A stretch of 63,985 nucleotides of DNA, counting the filler, from Octopus bimaculoides (taxonomy: Eukaryota): assembly GCF_001194135.2 (NCBI RefSeq). It is 5 parts of 5 records of this genome, joined end to end, with 100 filler letters (N's around TTAATTAATTAA, not from the genome) between each part and the next. Parts side by side here need not be neighbours in the genome. Positions count along the whole stretch, not along the records: positions 1 to 18,344 come from NC_068983.1; positions 18,445 to 34,806 come from NC_068985.1; 3 more parts are not named here. One strand, given 5' to 3'. How positions within the stretch are numbered: position 1 is the stretch's first letter; each line of letters starts with the position of its first letter. Positions 14,531-24,858 of the stretch are shown in pieces. Below the pieces are notes generated by a model, which was given only the letters and a program-made list of their open reading frames with translations, was not told the DNA's origin and did no database searches. The translations under genes and the position numbers were made by a program.

Positions 14531-14890
14531 AGGCCTGAAATTTGTGTAGGTTGGGGCGATAGTCGATCACATCGACCCTAGTGTTTCACTGGTACTTTAT
14601 ATATCGAACCCGAAAGGATGAAAGGCAAGGTCGATCTCGGTGGAATTTGAACTCAGAACATAAGGACAGATGAAATACCGCTAAGCATTTTGCCCGATAT
14701 GCTAACGATTCTGCCATCTCACCACCTTCAGTAATAATAATAATCCTTGCTATTATCGGCACAAGGCCTGAAATTTTGGAGGAGGGGACTGGTTGATTAT
14801 ATCGACCCTAGTGTTTTATTGGTACTTGAATTATCAACCCCCAAAAGGATGAAAGTCAAAGTTGACCCTGCCGGAATTTGAACTCATAAG
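14531..14890 (-). mobile_element. Two adjacent SINE family A copies (aggcctgaaattt-tail variant; second copy partial)
   Basis: 14531-14726 and about 14745-14890 are colinear with family A. Confidence 0.8.
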
Positions 14891-15250
14891 TTATTCAATA
14901 ATAATTGGGCTTCGTATATTTTACCCCAGTGTCACTTTGAAGGCATGCACTAACAACAATAATACATACATATATATATGCGTTTATATATGCATACATA
15001 CATACACACATACATTAATACATACATACATACATGTATAGGTAGATATATGCTTATATATATATTCATATGTATATATACATGTATATATGTACATATA
15101 TAAACACCAATGGAGAAATACACACAGATATGCACAAATGCGCGCCAACAGACACGCGCGCTCGCACCTTGATATCACTTATTAACGTCATCCAATAGAA
15201 AGTGCAACACAAAAATGTGCATATAAGCATACATACATACATACATGCAT

Positions 15251-15306
<56 letters not shown>

Positions 15307-15355
15307 NNNNNNNNNNNNNNNNNNNNNNNNNNNNNNNNNNNNNNNNNNNNNNNNN

Positions 15356-15419
<64 letters not shown>

Positions 15420-15764
15420 CATAAACTTGACGATAATATAAAATTCGATTAAATAGGCTGTTAGCGCGAGTCACGTGTGGTGGGCACCTACTTTATCATT
15501 TAATGCAGCTATTGTTATAGACCGCCAGCTATATACGTTGCCACTACTTTTCGTATCCAGAACAAGTTCCGATTCGTGAAAGTACACCACAGAAAATGGC
15601 TGACTTTAACAGTAAAAATCTACAATATCCGAGGTTCATTTATATTGTTCGATGCATTGTTGATTTCATTTAAACGACTTTACCCTGGAGGCTGGCAAAG
15701 CACAAATCGTGATTTGCTCAGAAACTGATCCATTCTCTTGCGTTGAAAATATATTTAAAAATGA

Positions 15765-15805
15765 TAATGATAATGATGATAATAATGATAGTGAGAAGAA
15801 TAAAA

Positions 15806-15840
<35 letters not shown>

Positions 15841-16058
15841 ATTAATAATGATAATGATAGGAAATGAAGAGGACGAAAATGATGATGATGATGATGACGA
15901 TTATTATTATTATTATTATTATTATGGTGCTACTACTACTGCTAATAATAGTAATAACAATAATGATAATAATAATGAGGATGATGATGAAAATAAAGTT
16001 ACTGATCATGGAAATGATAGGGGTGCTGACGATGATGACAACGAAGAAGATTACGGGG

Positions 16059-16131
<73 letters not shown>

Positions 16132-16150
16132 AGTGACTGCTGCTGCTGCT
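15765..16150. repeat. Compound (GAT)/(TAT)/(ACT)/(GCT) trinucleotide array
   Basis: Direct inspection. Confidence 0.9.
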
Positions 16151-16537
16151 AATGGTACCACAACAATTTATATTATTGTTGTGGTTTTCCATTATTTCTG
16201 CTCTTGTTATTTATCTTANNNNNNNNNNNNNNNNNNNNNNNNNNNNNNNNNNNNNNNNNNNNNNNNNNNNNNNNNNNNNNNNNNNNNNNNNNNNNNNNNN
16301 CAGTTATGTATATTGAGACTGTAATTCAGTGTACAAATATAAACCTGCTCGTTATTTTACAGTTCAAATTAGATTATAAAACTTAAATTCTATTTTTCCC
16401 TTTCTCTCTCTTCCTTTCTCTCCTTCCTCTCATTTCTCTCTCTTCCTTTCTCTCATTTCTCTCTCCCCCTCCCTCTCTCTCACTCTCTCTCTCTCTCTCA
16501 CTCGGTTACTAACTAAATACTATCTCGGCACATCTCT

Positions 16538-16577
<40 letters not shown>

Positions 16578-16858
16578 CTTTCTCCTCCCTTACTATCCAG
16601 TTATGTTGTCGCAGAAAATGTAACAATCACTGACAAATTATAGAGAATAAATAAATAAAAAGCGATAAACATCAATTCCAAAATAACGATGTAATTGGTT
16701 TTGGAATCTCACAAATTGCGAAGCTATATTTTTCATTCATTAATTATTTGCGGTAAGCCGGCAGAACCGTTGGAACACCGGATAAATTGCTTAGTGGCAT
16801 TTCGTCCGTCATTGCTTTCTGAGTTCAAATTCTGCATACATACAGGAAGAAATTCAAA

Positions 16859-16914
16859 ATCTTACAGCTGTTTCTGGGATATCCTCGAGTATGAGATATT
16901 CCGTCATCAGAGAC
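16859..16914 (-). ncRNA. Minimal type I hammerhead ribozyme, intact core
   Basis: GTCT-CTGATGA-CGGAATATCT(catactcg)AGGATATCCCA-GAA-ACAGCTGT-A-AGAT. Palindromic ACAGCTGT as stem III, GUA cleavage triplet, short stem I GTCT/AGAT, stem II with mismatches. Confidence 0.72.
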
Positions 16915-17934
16915 AAATTAGGGGGAGGGGATATGAAAAATTTAGAATGGTATATATCAATAAGATGATAACATAGAGGAAAGGAGATGGAAAGAGAGAA
17001 GAAAGAGGTATAAAAGTTCATAGTTCAACTTTCCGAAGTTATAAAAACCAAAGCATGAGTCCTTAGGTGCAATCCTGTGTAGATCCATGAGCGTATGTCC
17101 TTTGGTGCGTATGTCCATGTAGGTTAAAGTCCTTATATAGTAGACATCTCAAGAAAAATACGCGAACATATCAACCTTCAATAGGAGAATGGTAGCAGAG
17201 GTGGCTGTTAATTGGTAAAAGTAGAGAAAAGAAAAGATGTAGGAAGAGAGGTGGATAGAGTGAAGTAGTGGGGATTTTAAGGATTGGTTATATGATAAAG
17301 TAATGTGTATGTGTATGGTGTCTAAGAATTGTGTACGGGGTAGCTGAGAAGATAAGAGAGAAGATGGGTACGTAGAGGAAGATAGGGTAAAAAAATAGAG
17401 CGAAATTAAAGGAATTTAAAGAGAGTAGTAGATGTCTGGTAGTTTCAAAGTCTAAAATTGTTGGGGAGGAAATTTAGTAGTAATTGATAGAGTCCGTCCC
17501 GGCTAAGGTCAGTGGCTGTAGAGTTATTTTTAGCAATGTGCGTAAGTGGTCGAGAAAGGAAGAGCTAGTTGAATATTAAATTATTTATGAGTGGGAGTTA
17601 GAGATAGGGGTTTATATTAGGGGCTTTTGGGGGTTAAGGTTTAAAATAAGTTAAGGATAAATTAAAGAATTAATATTTATCTTATAGTGTGATGAGGTAC
17701 GATAGATAGATATGAGGTAAGATAAAAGATAGAAATAAGAGTAATAGAGACATAGAAGGGGTATGCGTTAATGATCATAGGCTTATGTATGTGGGTGCTA
17801 TTAATGGTGGGGAGCTTACATTTAGATTTATGAAAGAAATTAAAATTGCTGAAAAATTTGTGCTTACACGTAGTGAATGCATCGTTGTATATGACGTTGA
17901 ATCTTCTCCATTCTAAATTCCCCCCCCCCAATTT

Positions 17935-17990
17935 GTCTCTGACAATGGAATATCCCATACTCGAGGATATCCCAGAAACAGCTATAAGAT
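17935..17990 (+). ncRNA. Inverted, probably inactivated copy of the hammerhead
   Basis: CTGACAA (G8>A) and ACAGCTAT (palindrome broken); otherwise colinear with 16859-16914. Confidence 0.6.
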
Positions 17991-18145
17991 TTTAAATTTC
18001 TTCCTGTGATAATATTGTGTATGACTTGAGATGTTTGCCTTGCCTTAATGTTTGACGTCCTGTCTAACAGTAGGCTATATATATATAAATGTGTGTGTGT
18101 GTGTGTATGTGTGCGTGTGCGTGTGTATGTGTGTGTGTATGTATG

Positions 18146-18199
<54 letters not shown>

Positions 18200-18388
18200 A
18201 TAGAAATATGTTACATTAGGATATATATATATATATATAAAAGATAATAAGAGTGAAAAAACTACAGAAGGCTTGTGTTACTTGGTTAAAGTATATATTT
18301 AAATTATGTCAGAAAAATGTTATAAAATTTTTTTGGTATATAAANNNNNNNNNNNNNNNNNNNNNNNNNNNNNNNNNNNNNNNNNNNN

Positions 18389-18400
18389 TTAATTAATTAA
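18389..18400. other. Artificial TTAATTAATTAA scaffold linker (also at 34851-34862, 53762-53773, 62615-62626)
   Basis: The same 12-mer, with stops in all six frames, is centred in about 100 bp of N four times. Confidence 0.9.
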
Positions 18401-18444
18401 NNNNNNNNNNNNNNNNNNNNNNNNNNNNNNNNNNNNNNNNNNNN

Positions 18445-18497
<53 letters not shown>

Positions 18498-19061
18498 CAC
18501 ACATACATATACTTGTACACATACTTATATATCAATACATTTATGTGTACATATGTACCTGCATATATAAATGAATGTTTATATGCACATATATGTCTGT
18601 GCGCTTCTGTATGTACATCTGCAAATTTGTAAGTGTTCCTTTTCTTGCTGGCCATCATGTTCATATACCACACGTGATCTCACACATTTAGACTTCAATG
18701 TACCTCATTAATTCAATGCTTATACACTCTAATTAACACCTTACAAATATTGCGTGTTTAGTTTTGAATAGTGCCTGCCATGTATGAAATTAGCTCCAGC
18801 ATACGAATCGAACATGACGTAATGTTCCGTTATTAAACATTTGTATTTATTGACCAAGTTTGTATGCATCTATGTGCGTGAATATGTGTGTAAGTACGTG
18901 TGCACGTGTGTATGTGTGTGTGTATGACTGCGTGTGTGTCTGCATGTCTCTGTGCGTGTCGTCGTGTTTGAGTGTGCATTTGTGCGGTTGTGTGTGTGTA
19001 TGTATATTTACTTCTTTCCACCTCTTATAAAATAACTAAGAGACTTTACAGTAATATTGAT

Positions 19062-19268
19062 TTCAAATTTTGGTACAAGGCCAACAATTGCTAGGGAGGA
19101 ATAAGTCGATTACATCGACCCCAGTGTTCAACTAGTACTTAATTTAACGACCCGAAAAGACAAAAGGCAAAGTCGACCCCGGCGGCATTTAAACTCAGAA
19201 CAGAATGTCAGAATAAATGCTGAACAGCATTTTACCCGATGTGTTAACGACTCTGCCAGCTCGCCGCC
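19062..19268 (-). mobile_element. SINE family A
   Basis: Ends ctgccagctcgccgcc; shared central domain. Confidence 0.8.
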
Positions 19269-19466
19269 CGAGACTTCACAGCAGTATTGATACTGGTTTT
19301 TCAGGCATCTATGTGGCTGCTAAACATCAGTGTCAAATTTTACCTCGGGTGTGGTTGTGTGGTGAAATGTTTGCTTTCCAGCCACATGGTTCCGAGCGCA
19401 TTCTTGCTGCGTGTTACCTTGGTAAACATAAACTGAAAGTCGATCGTCCTCTGTGTGTGTGCATGC

Positions 19467-19505
<39 letters not shown>

Positions 19506-19700
19506 NNNNNNNNNNNNNNNNNNNNNNNNNNNNNNNNNNNNNNNNNNNNNNNNNNNNNNNNNNNNNNNNNNNNNNNNNNNNNNNNNNNNNNNNNNNNNNN
19601 NNNNNNNNNNNNNNNNNNNNNNNNNNNNNNNNNNNNNNNNNNNNNNNNNNNNNNNNNNNNNNNNNNNNNNNNNNNNNNNNNNNNNNGTGTGTGTGCATGC

Positions 19701-19773
<73 letters not shown>

Positions 19774-20249
19774 TGTGTGACTTTTTCGCACCTTCTCTAA
19801 ACTTTCCTTTCATCTGTTCATCGAATGATATCTAAAAAAAACATTAATTTTATTATAAAAATACTAAAAATTCCTTTCAAAGAGGGTTTTAACAAATAGT
19901 GAAACATATCATACACCCCACCACCACTATTAGTGTTTTTATATAGGGGATAACCCCTATATAAAAACACTAATAGGCAATTATTCGTAAATTGGTTCAA
20001 CAAGCCGACAGGTTAAACTTAAAGTCCCAATCAACATGACATTTAAAATACACGCACGCGCGAGCAAATAAGGTAGAAGAGTTGTTTCTGAGAATCAAAC
20101 AGAAATATGGTAAGCACTCTAGCAGAAGAAATGGTTATCAGATAACACAGTAATCAAATTTAGGGTGCAATTTGTGACTATGCATCAGAAAATCCAGGAA
20201 ACACCACTAGTAATATTACTACTGCGGTATATTACTCTATATATATATA

Positions 20250-20495
20250 ATGGACTCCCCCGTCGAAGAAGACCTATGAGTGTTCAGCTTTTGCGAACGA
20301 CCTGCGAAAATGATATGATTTGTTTATAGTGATCAAATGTTCGTGCCGCGCATTAGCTTACTTTCTCCAATAATTCGACGTTATTTGAACAGGTGCACTG
20401 TGTATCACGCGTCAGGTGTCGAAGTGATCACAGAGCAGCATGAGATGAAATGTTTTGCTCAAGAACACAACGTACCACGCGATCTAGGAATACAG
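20250..20495 (-). mobile_element. SINE family D (CORE-like gttgtgttcttgagcaaaacattt domain)
   Basis: Minus strand cgttgtgttcttgagcaaaacatttcatctcatgctgctc; head poorly preserved. Confidence 0.5.
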
Positions 20496-20866
20496 TAGTA
20501 TTGCTTCCCACTATCTTATACTTATATATATNNNNNNNNNNNNNNNNNNNNNNNNNNNNNNNNNNNNNNNNNNNNNNNNNNNNNNNNNNNNNNNNNNNNN
20601 NNNNNNNNNNNNNNNNNNNNNNNNNNNNNNNNNNNNNNNNNNNNNNNNNNNNNNNNNNNNNNNNNNNNNNNNNNNNNNNNNNNNNNNNNNNNNNNNNNNN
20701 NNNNNNNNNNNNNNNNNNNNNNNNNNNNNNNNNNNNNNNNNNNNNNNNNNNNNNNNNNNNNNNNNNNNNNNNNNNNNNNNNNNNNNNNNNNNNNNNNNNN
20801 NNNNNNNNNNNNNNNNNNNNNNNNNNNNNNNNNNNNNNNNNNNNNNNNNNNNNNNNNNNNNNNTGG

Positions 20867-21095
20867 AGAATATGTTTTGGGGTTTGAAAATACACTTGAA
20901 TCTCAAATCGTGTAGTTGTTTTTAAATTTTGTAATAGATTTATTCAAATACCAAACTGGTTTCGATACGTTTTTGTTTATCAGTGGTACAAATTGTCGAA
21001 ACTGGCTTGCTATTTGAATAAATCTATTATGAAATTTAAAAACGACTACACCTTTTCAAATTCAGGTGCATTTTCAAAACCTCAAAACATATTCT
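20867..21095. mobile_element. Palindromic MITE-like element
   Basis: agaatatgtttt...tttcga (about 100 bp) is inverted at ...aaaacatattct; the left edge abuts a gap. Confidence 0.7.
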
Positions 21096-21156
21096 ATATT
21101 TTTTTCATGCGTGAGAATACATTTCTTCTTTCTATATATATACATATACATATATA

Positions 21157-21320
21157 CTGGGTCATCCCATAGATAATGCGATTTTTTCAATTGCATGGAA
21201 GTTGGAGGGGAACAAGATAAACTACCTGCATCAGCTTGCTATAAAAGCAGGTAGTAATTTTATCTTGTGCTTATTCTTCGTACAAGTTTTGAAGAGTGGG
21301 AATGTGTTTGTAAGGTCAAA
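21157..21320 (+). mobile_element. mariner-like single end
   Basis: ta|ctgggtcatcccatagataatgcgattttt resembles the mariner TIR at 60195; no partner TIR seen. Confidence 0.4.
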
Positions 21321-21399
21321 TCAAAAACAGGAAGAGAGGAAAAAAGAAAAGAAAGAAGAAAAGCGGAGAGAGAGATAATAAAGAAATGAAGAGATTGAA

Positions 21400-21745
21400 A
21401 GTGTACTGGTTAGCGGTCAGTCAAGATAAATTGATAGAAGGAATGGAGAGGTGAAGATGATAGAGAGAGAAAGATATGGACGTATAAAGAGATGAGAGGG
21501 TAAAGAGTAAAGGAGTGTCAGAATGAATGGGGGTGAGGGTGATAGAGAGAGAAAGATATGAGGTTGTAAAGAGATGAGAGGGTAAGGAGTAAAGGAGTGT
21601 CAGGTATGTAGTGATAGAGCCTAAGTGAGGGGCAGAGAAAGGGGGTAGGGATAGTAAAATGGTGGAATGAAGAATTTGGGAATATAGGTTAGGTTGGTTA
21701 GAGGACAGGTCAGTGCTTAGTAGTAGAAGAATATATATATGTGAA
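21400..21745 (-). mobile_element. Probable PLE 3'-region fragment with an internal ~80-bp tandem duplication
   Basis: Same purine-rich plus-strand bias as the PLE copies; gatagagagagaaagatatg...gagtaaaggagtgtcag occurs twice. The assignment is by composition only. Confidence 0.35.
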
Positions 21746-22397
21746 GATGTCAACTCATGCAGATATTAAATATGTATACTCTTTACTCTTTGTACTCTTT
21801 TACTTGTTTCAGTCATTTTACTGTGGTCATGCTGGAGCACCGCCTTTAGTCAAGCAAATCGACCCAGGATTTAGTCTTTNNNNNNNNNNNNNNNNNNNNN
21901 NNNNNNNNNNNNNNNNNNNNNNNNNNNNNNNNNNNNNNNNNNNNNNNNNNNNNNNNNNNNNNNNNNNNNNNNNNNNNNNNNNNNNNNNNNNNNNNNNNNN
22001 NNNNNNNNNNNNNNNNNNNNNNNNNNNNNNNNNNNNNNNNNNNNNNNNNNNNNNNNNNNNNNNNNNNNNNNNNNNNNNNNNNNNNNNNNNNNNNNNNNNN
22101 NNNNNNNNNNNNNNNNNNNNNNNNNNNNNNNNNNNNNNNNNNNNNNNNNNNNNNNNNNNNNNNNNNNNNNNNNNNNNNNNNNNNNNNNNNNNNNNNNNNN
22201 NNNNNNNNNNNNNNNNNNNNNNNNNNNNNNNNNNNNNNNNNNNNNNNNNNNNNNNNNNNNNNNNNNNNNNNNNNNNNNNNNNNNNNNNNNNNNNNNNNNN
22301 NNNNNNNNNNAGGTATATATATACCTAGCTTACATACATACACACACATACACACATACACACACACACGTACATACATACGTAGGCATATACATAC

Positions 22398-24425
22398 AAA
22401 TACAATTAATTGATATTCAAGTATGAAAGAGGAATTAGATAGGGATTTGGAGTTAAAGTGTAGATTCATAAGGTTATTGGGATTACCTAAGAGGTATTGT
22501 GGAAATATACTGTATGGTCATTTAGGCATTTGGATTTGTGGTAGAATTTGAATGTGTGAAAAAAGCGGTGGTTGTATGTGCTTAGTGCCTCATTATGTTT
22601 ATTTAGCAGTGTTGGAGAGTTGTGCTTTATTATATAAAGCGCCTCCTTCAGGCAAAGCTTGCAGGTTGAGCGTTGACCTCAGTAGGGAAGCCCGGAATCC
22701 AGTATGGACCATGATAAAGTATAGGGTACATCTGTATTTTGAGATGATGTATGTGGTTGGCGAGTGTTGTAGATTTACTGTGTTTATCGTATCTAAAAGA
22801 ATGGACGTGAGTGGTATATCGTTGCTTAAAACATTTGGTTGGTCCTATGTATATGGCTTTAGAGTTATGTAATAGATTAAGGACAGTGCATTTGTAAATT
22901 ACATTATATCTTCTGCAATGGGTTTGTAACGAGCAGATGGTTCCAGAACGGCAGTTACAATTAGGTGAATTTTGGGGATAGTGTTCAGTATTGGAGGAGG
23001 TAATATTATCAGAGGAGAAGTTAGAGAAGGGGGTAGAAAAGTCTAGATTATTAGTATTATTAACGTTATCATTACCATCATTGTTATTACTATTGTTGTT
23101 ATTAATTGTACTATTTGTAAGAGTGGTAGAGATTGTGGTGGTGTTCCGGGCGGTGTCAGCAGGATGGGTTGGGTTGTGGTTGTGGTCTAATGTAAGGGTG
23201 TCTGTGCTGGAACTGTGTGTATGTTGAGCGTTCGTATGACTAGAGTTGTAATTATGTGAGTTTTGATAGTAAAGAGAACGCTTTTGCTTATTAGAGGCTG
23301 CTACAATAGATTCGAAATTTGGTGGGGCAGAATAGGATAGTTTCAGGGTGGATCTATTAAAGATAGAATGAAATTTATGTTGCCGAGGGAAGTTAGAGTC
23401 TAGTATTTTAAAGAAGGATTTAGCTAAGTTCTTAATGTTAAGTGAGAATGGGGGGTGTACCACAGAAAATAGCGTCCGCCGCTTTTTCTAGGGGATCTGG
23501 GAGTAGTGCTATGGTTTTAGATGATGGAGTGCTATCTATATTTTTGAAGAATGGAGATGGGTGGCAAGGCCGGTTGTTGTTAGCTGTTTTAGTTGATTTA
23601 GTTTTTGACCAGGTGTTAAATGTAGATGTTGGGGTCTAGGTTGCCTAGGTGTAAGAGCTTCCAGGGTTTTATCAATGAGTGTGTGTGGTTGGTTGTGATG
23701 GTTGGTGCGTCTTTGAGATGTGATTTGAGATATACATTGTTTGAGCCTGTTGTTATGGTTGTATTCTATTTGTTGGGAAAAGCCGCTAGCGACGAATGCT
23801 TGATTGTAATATGGTGCGTGGTTATTGAAAATTTCCTCGGTGGAAGAGAGGTCGGATATGCGGGTTGATATGCCCTTGATTATGTTATTGAAAGTGGATT
23901 AAAGTGGATGTTAAGGTATTTAAGATATTGGTTAGGTTTGTGATAAGGGGAGTATTGGGTGGTGAATAAGTTTAGAATTACGTTTATAGAGTTAGTAGTT
24001 TTGTGAGCGTTTTCGAATGTGATAGACAGGTTTAGGTTAGAGAAGAATTTATATAGATCCTTTCTAGTTCTTTCCAAGAAAGATTTATTTATGCTTTTGG
24101 TAACTAGTAAGGCGTCGTCCCTGTATAGGCCTCCCTTAATGTTAGGGAAATGTTTATGGAGCTGGTGAAGTATATATAGTCCAACCAAGTCAGTGACCTA
24201 AGCTGAATCAGATGATCCCATGATTATGTCGAATAGGTTGCTATGGTTATTGTTATTGTGATTCGCCCGGCACCAGAGTTTGTTTTCAAAAGAAATAAGG
24301 GTTTTGCGGGCATTAAGTATTATGTTAATTTCTAGTGGGGTTAGGTTAGTAAAGTTTCTAGCTAGAAGAAGAGCTTCGTTTAGAAGTTTAGGAGAAATAG
24401 AAGAGTAGTCGAATTGTAGGAAGGA
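22398..24425 (-). mobile_element. Penelope-like element (RT + C-terminal GIY-YIG), decayed and 5'-truncated
   Basis: Minus-strand remnants LFDIIMGSSDSA*VTDLVGLYIL...GLYRDDALL...YSPYHKPN (RT); linker CNCRSGTICSLQTHC (22915-22959); EN NVIYKCTV...IYIGPTKCFKQRYTTHVHSF...CKLCLKEALYI...LLNKHNE. Several frameshifts. Confidence 0.9.
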
Positions 24426-24436
24426 ATATAGTTTTA

Positions 24437-24858
24437 TCTTTTACTTGTTTCAGTCATTAATTGCGACCATGCTGCAGCAATGCCTTGACGGATTAAGTCG
24501 AACAAATTAACCCCACCACTTATTTTTTTAAGCTGGCTACTTATTCTATCTTTTTTTATCTGTTTCAGTCATTACAATGTGGCCACGCTGCGGCACCGCC
24601 TTGAAGAACTTATAGTCGAATGAACTGATCCCAGTACTTTATTTTAAAGCCTGTTATTTATTCTATCGGACTCTCTTTGTAGAACCGCTAAGTTACGGGG
24701 ACGTAAACAAACCACCATCGGTTGTCCAGCGGTGGTGGGGGACAAACACACACAGATATATACGACGATCTTCTTTTAGTTTCTGTCTATCAGATCCACT
24801 CACAAGGCTTTGGTCGGCCCGATGCTATAGTGGAAGACACTTGTCCAAGGTGCCACGC
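24437..24858 (-). mobile_element. SINE family B (two tails, head truncated) between the PLE and the RTE
   Basis: tcttttacttgtttcagtcatt tail occurs twice; ends ttgtccaaggtgccacgc. Confidence 0.8.

Larger units (their letters stand above)
16843..18007 (-). mobile_element. 3' fragment of the same PLE family, bounded by inverted terminal repeats
   Basis: 16843-16950 and 17900-18007 are inverted copies. The peptide NDAFTTCKHKFFSNFNFFHKSKC is homologous to NEALSTYNHRFFHTFKFYHKSKC at the end of the 22.5-kb copy. Confidence 0.8.
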
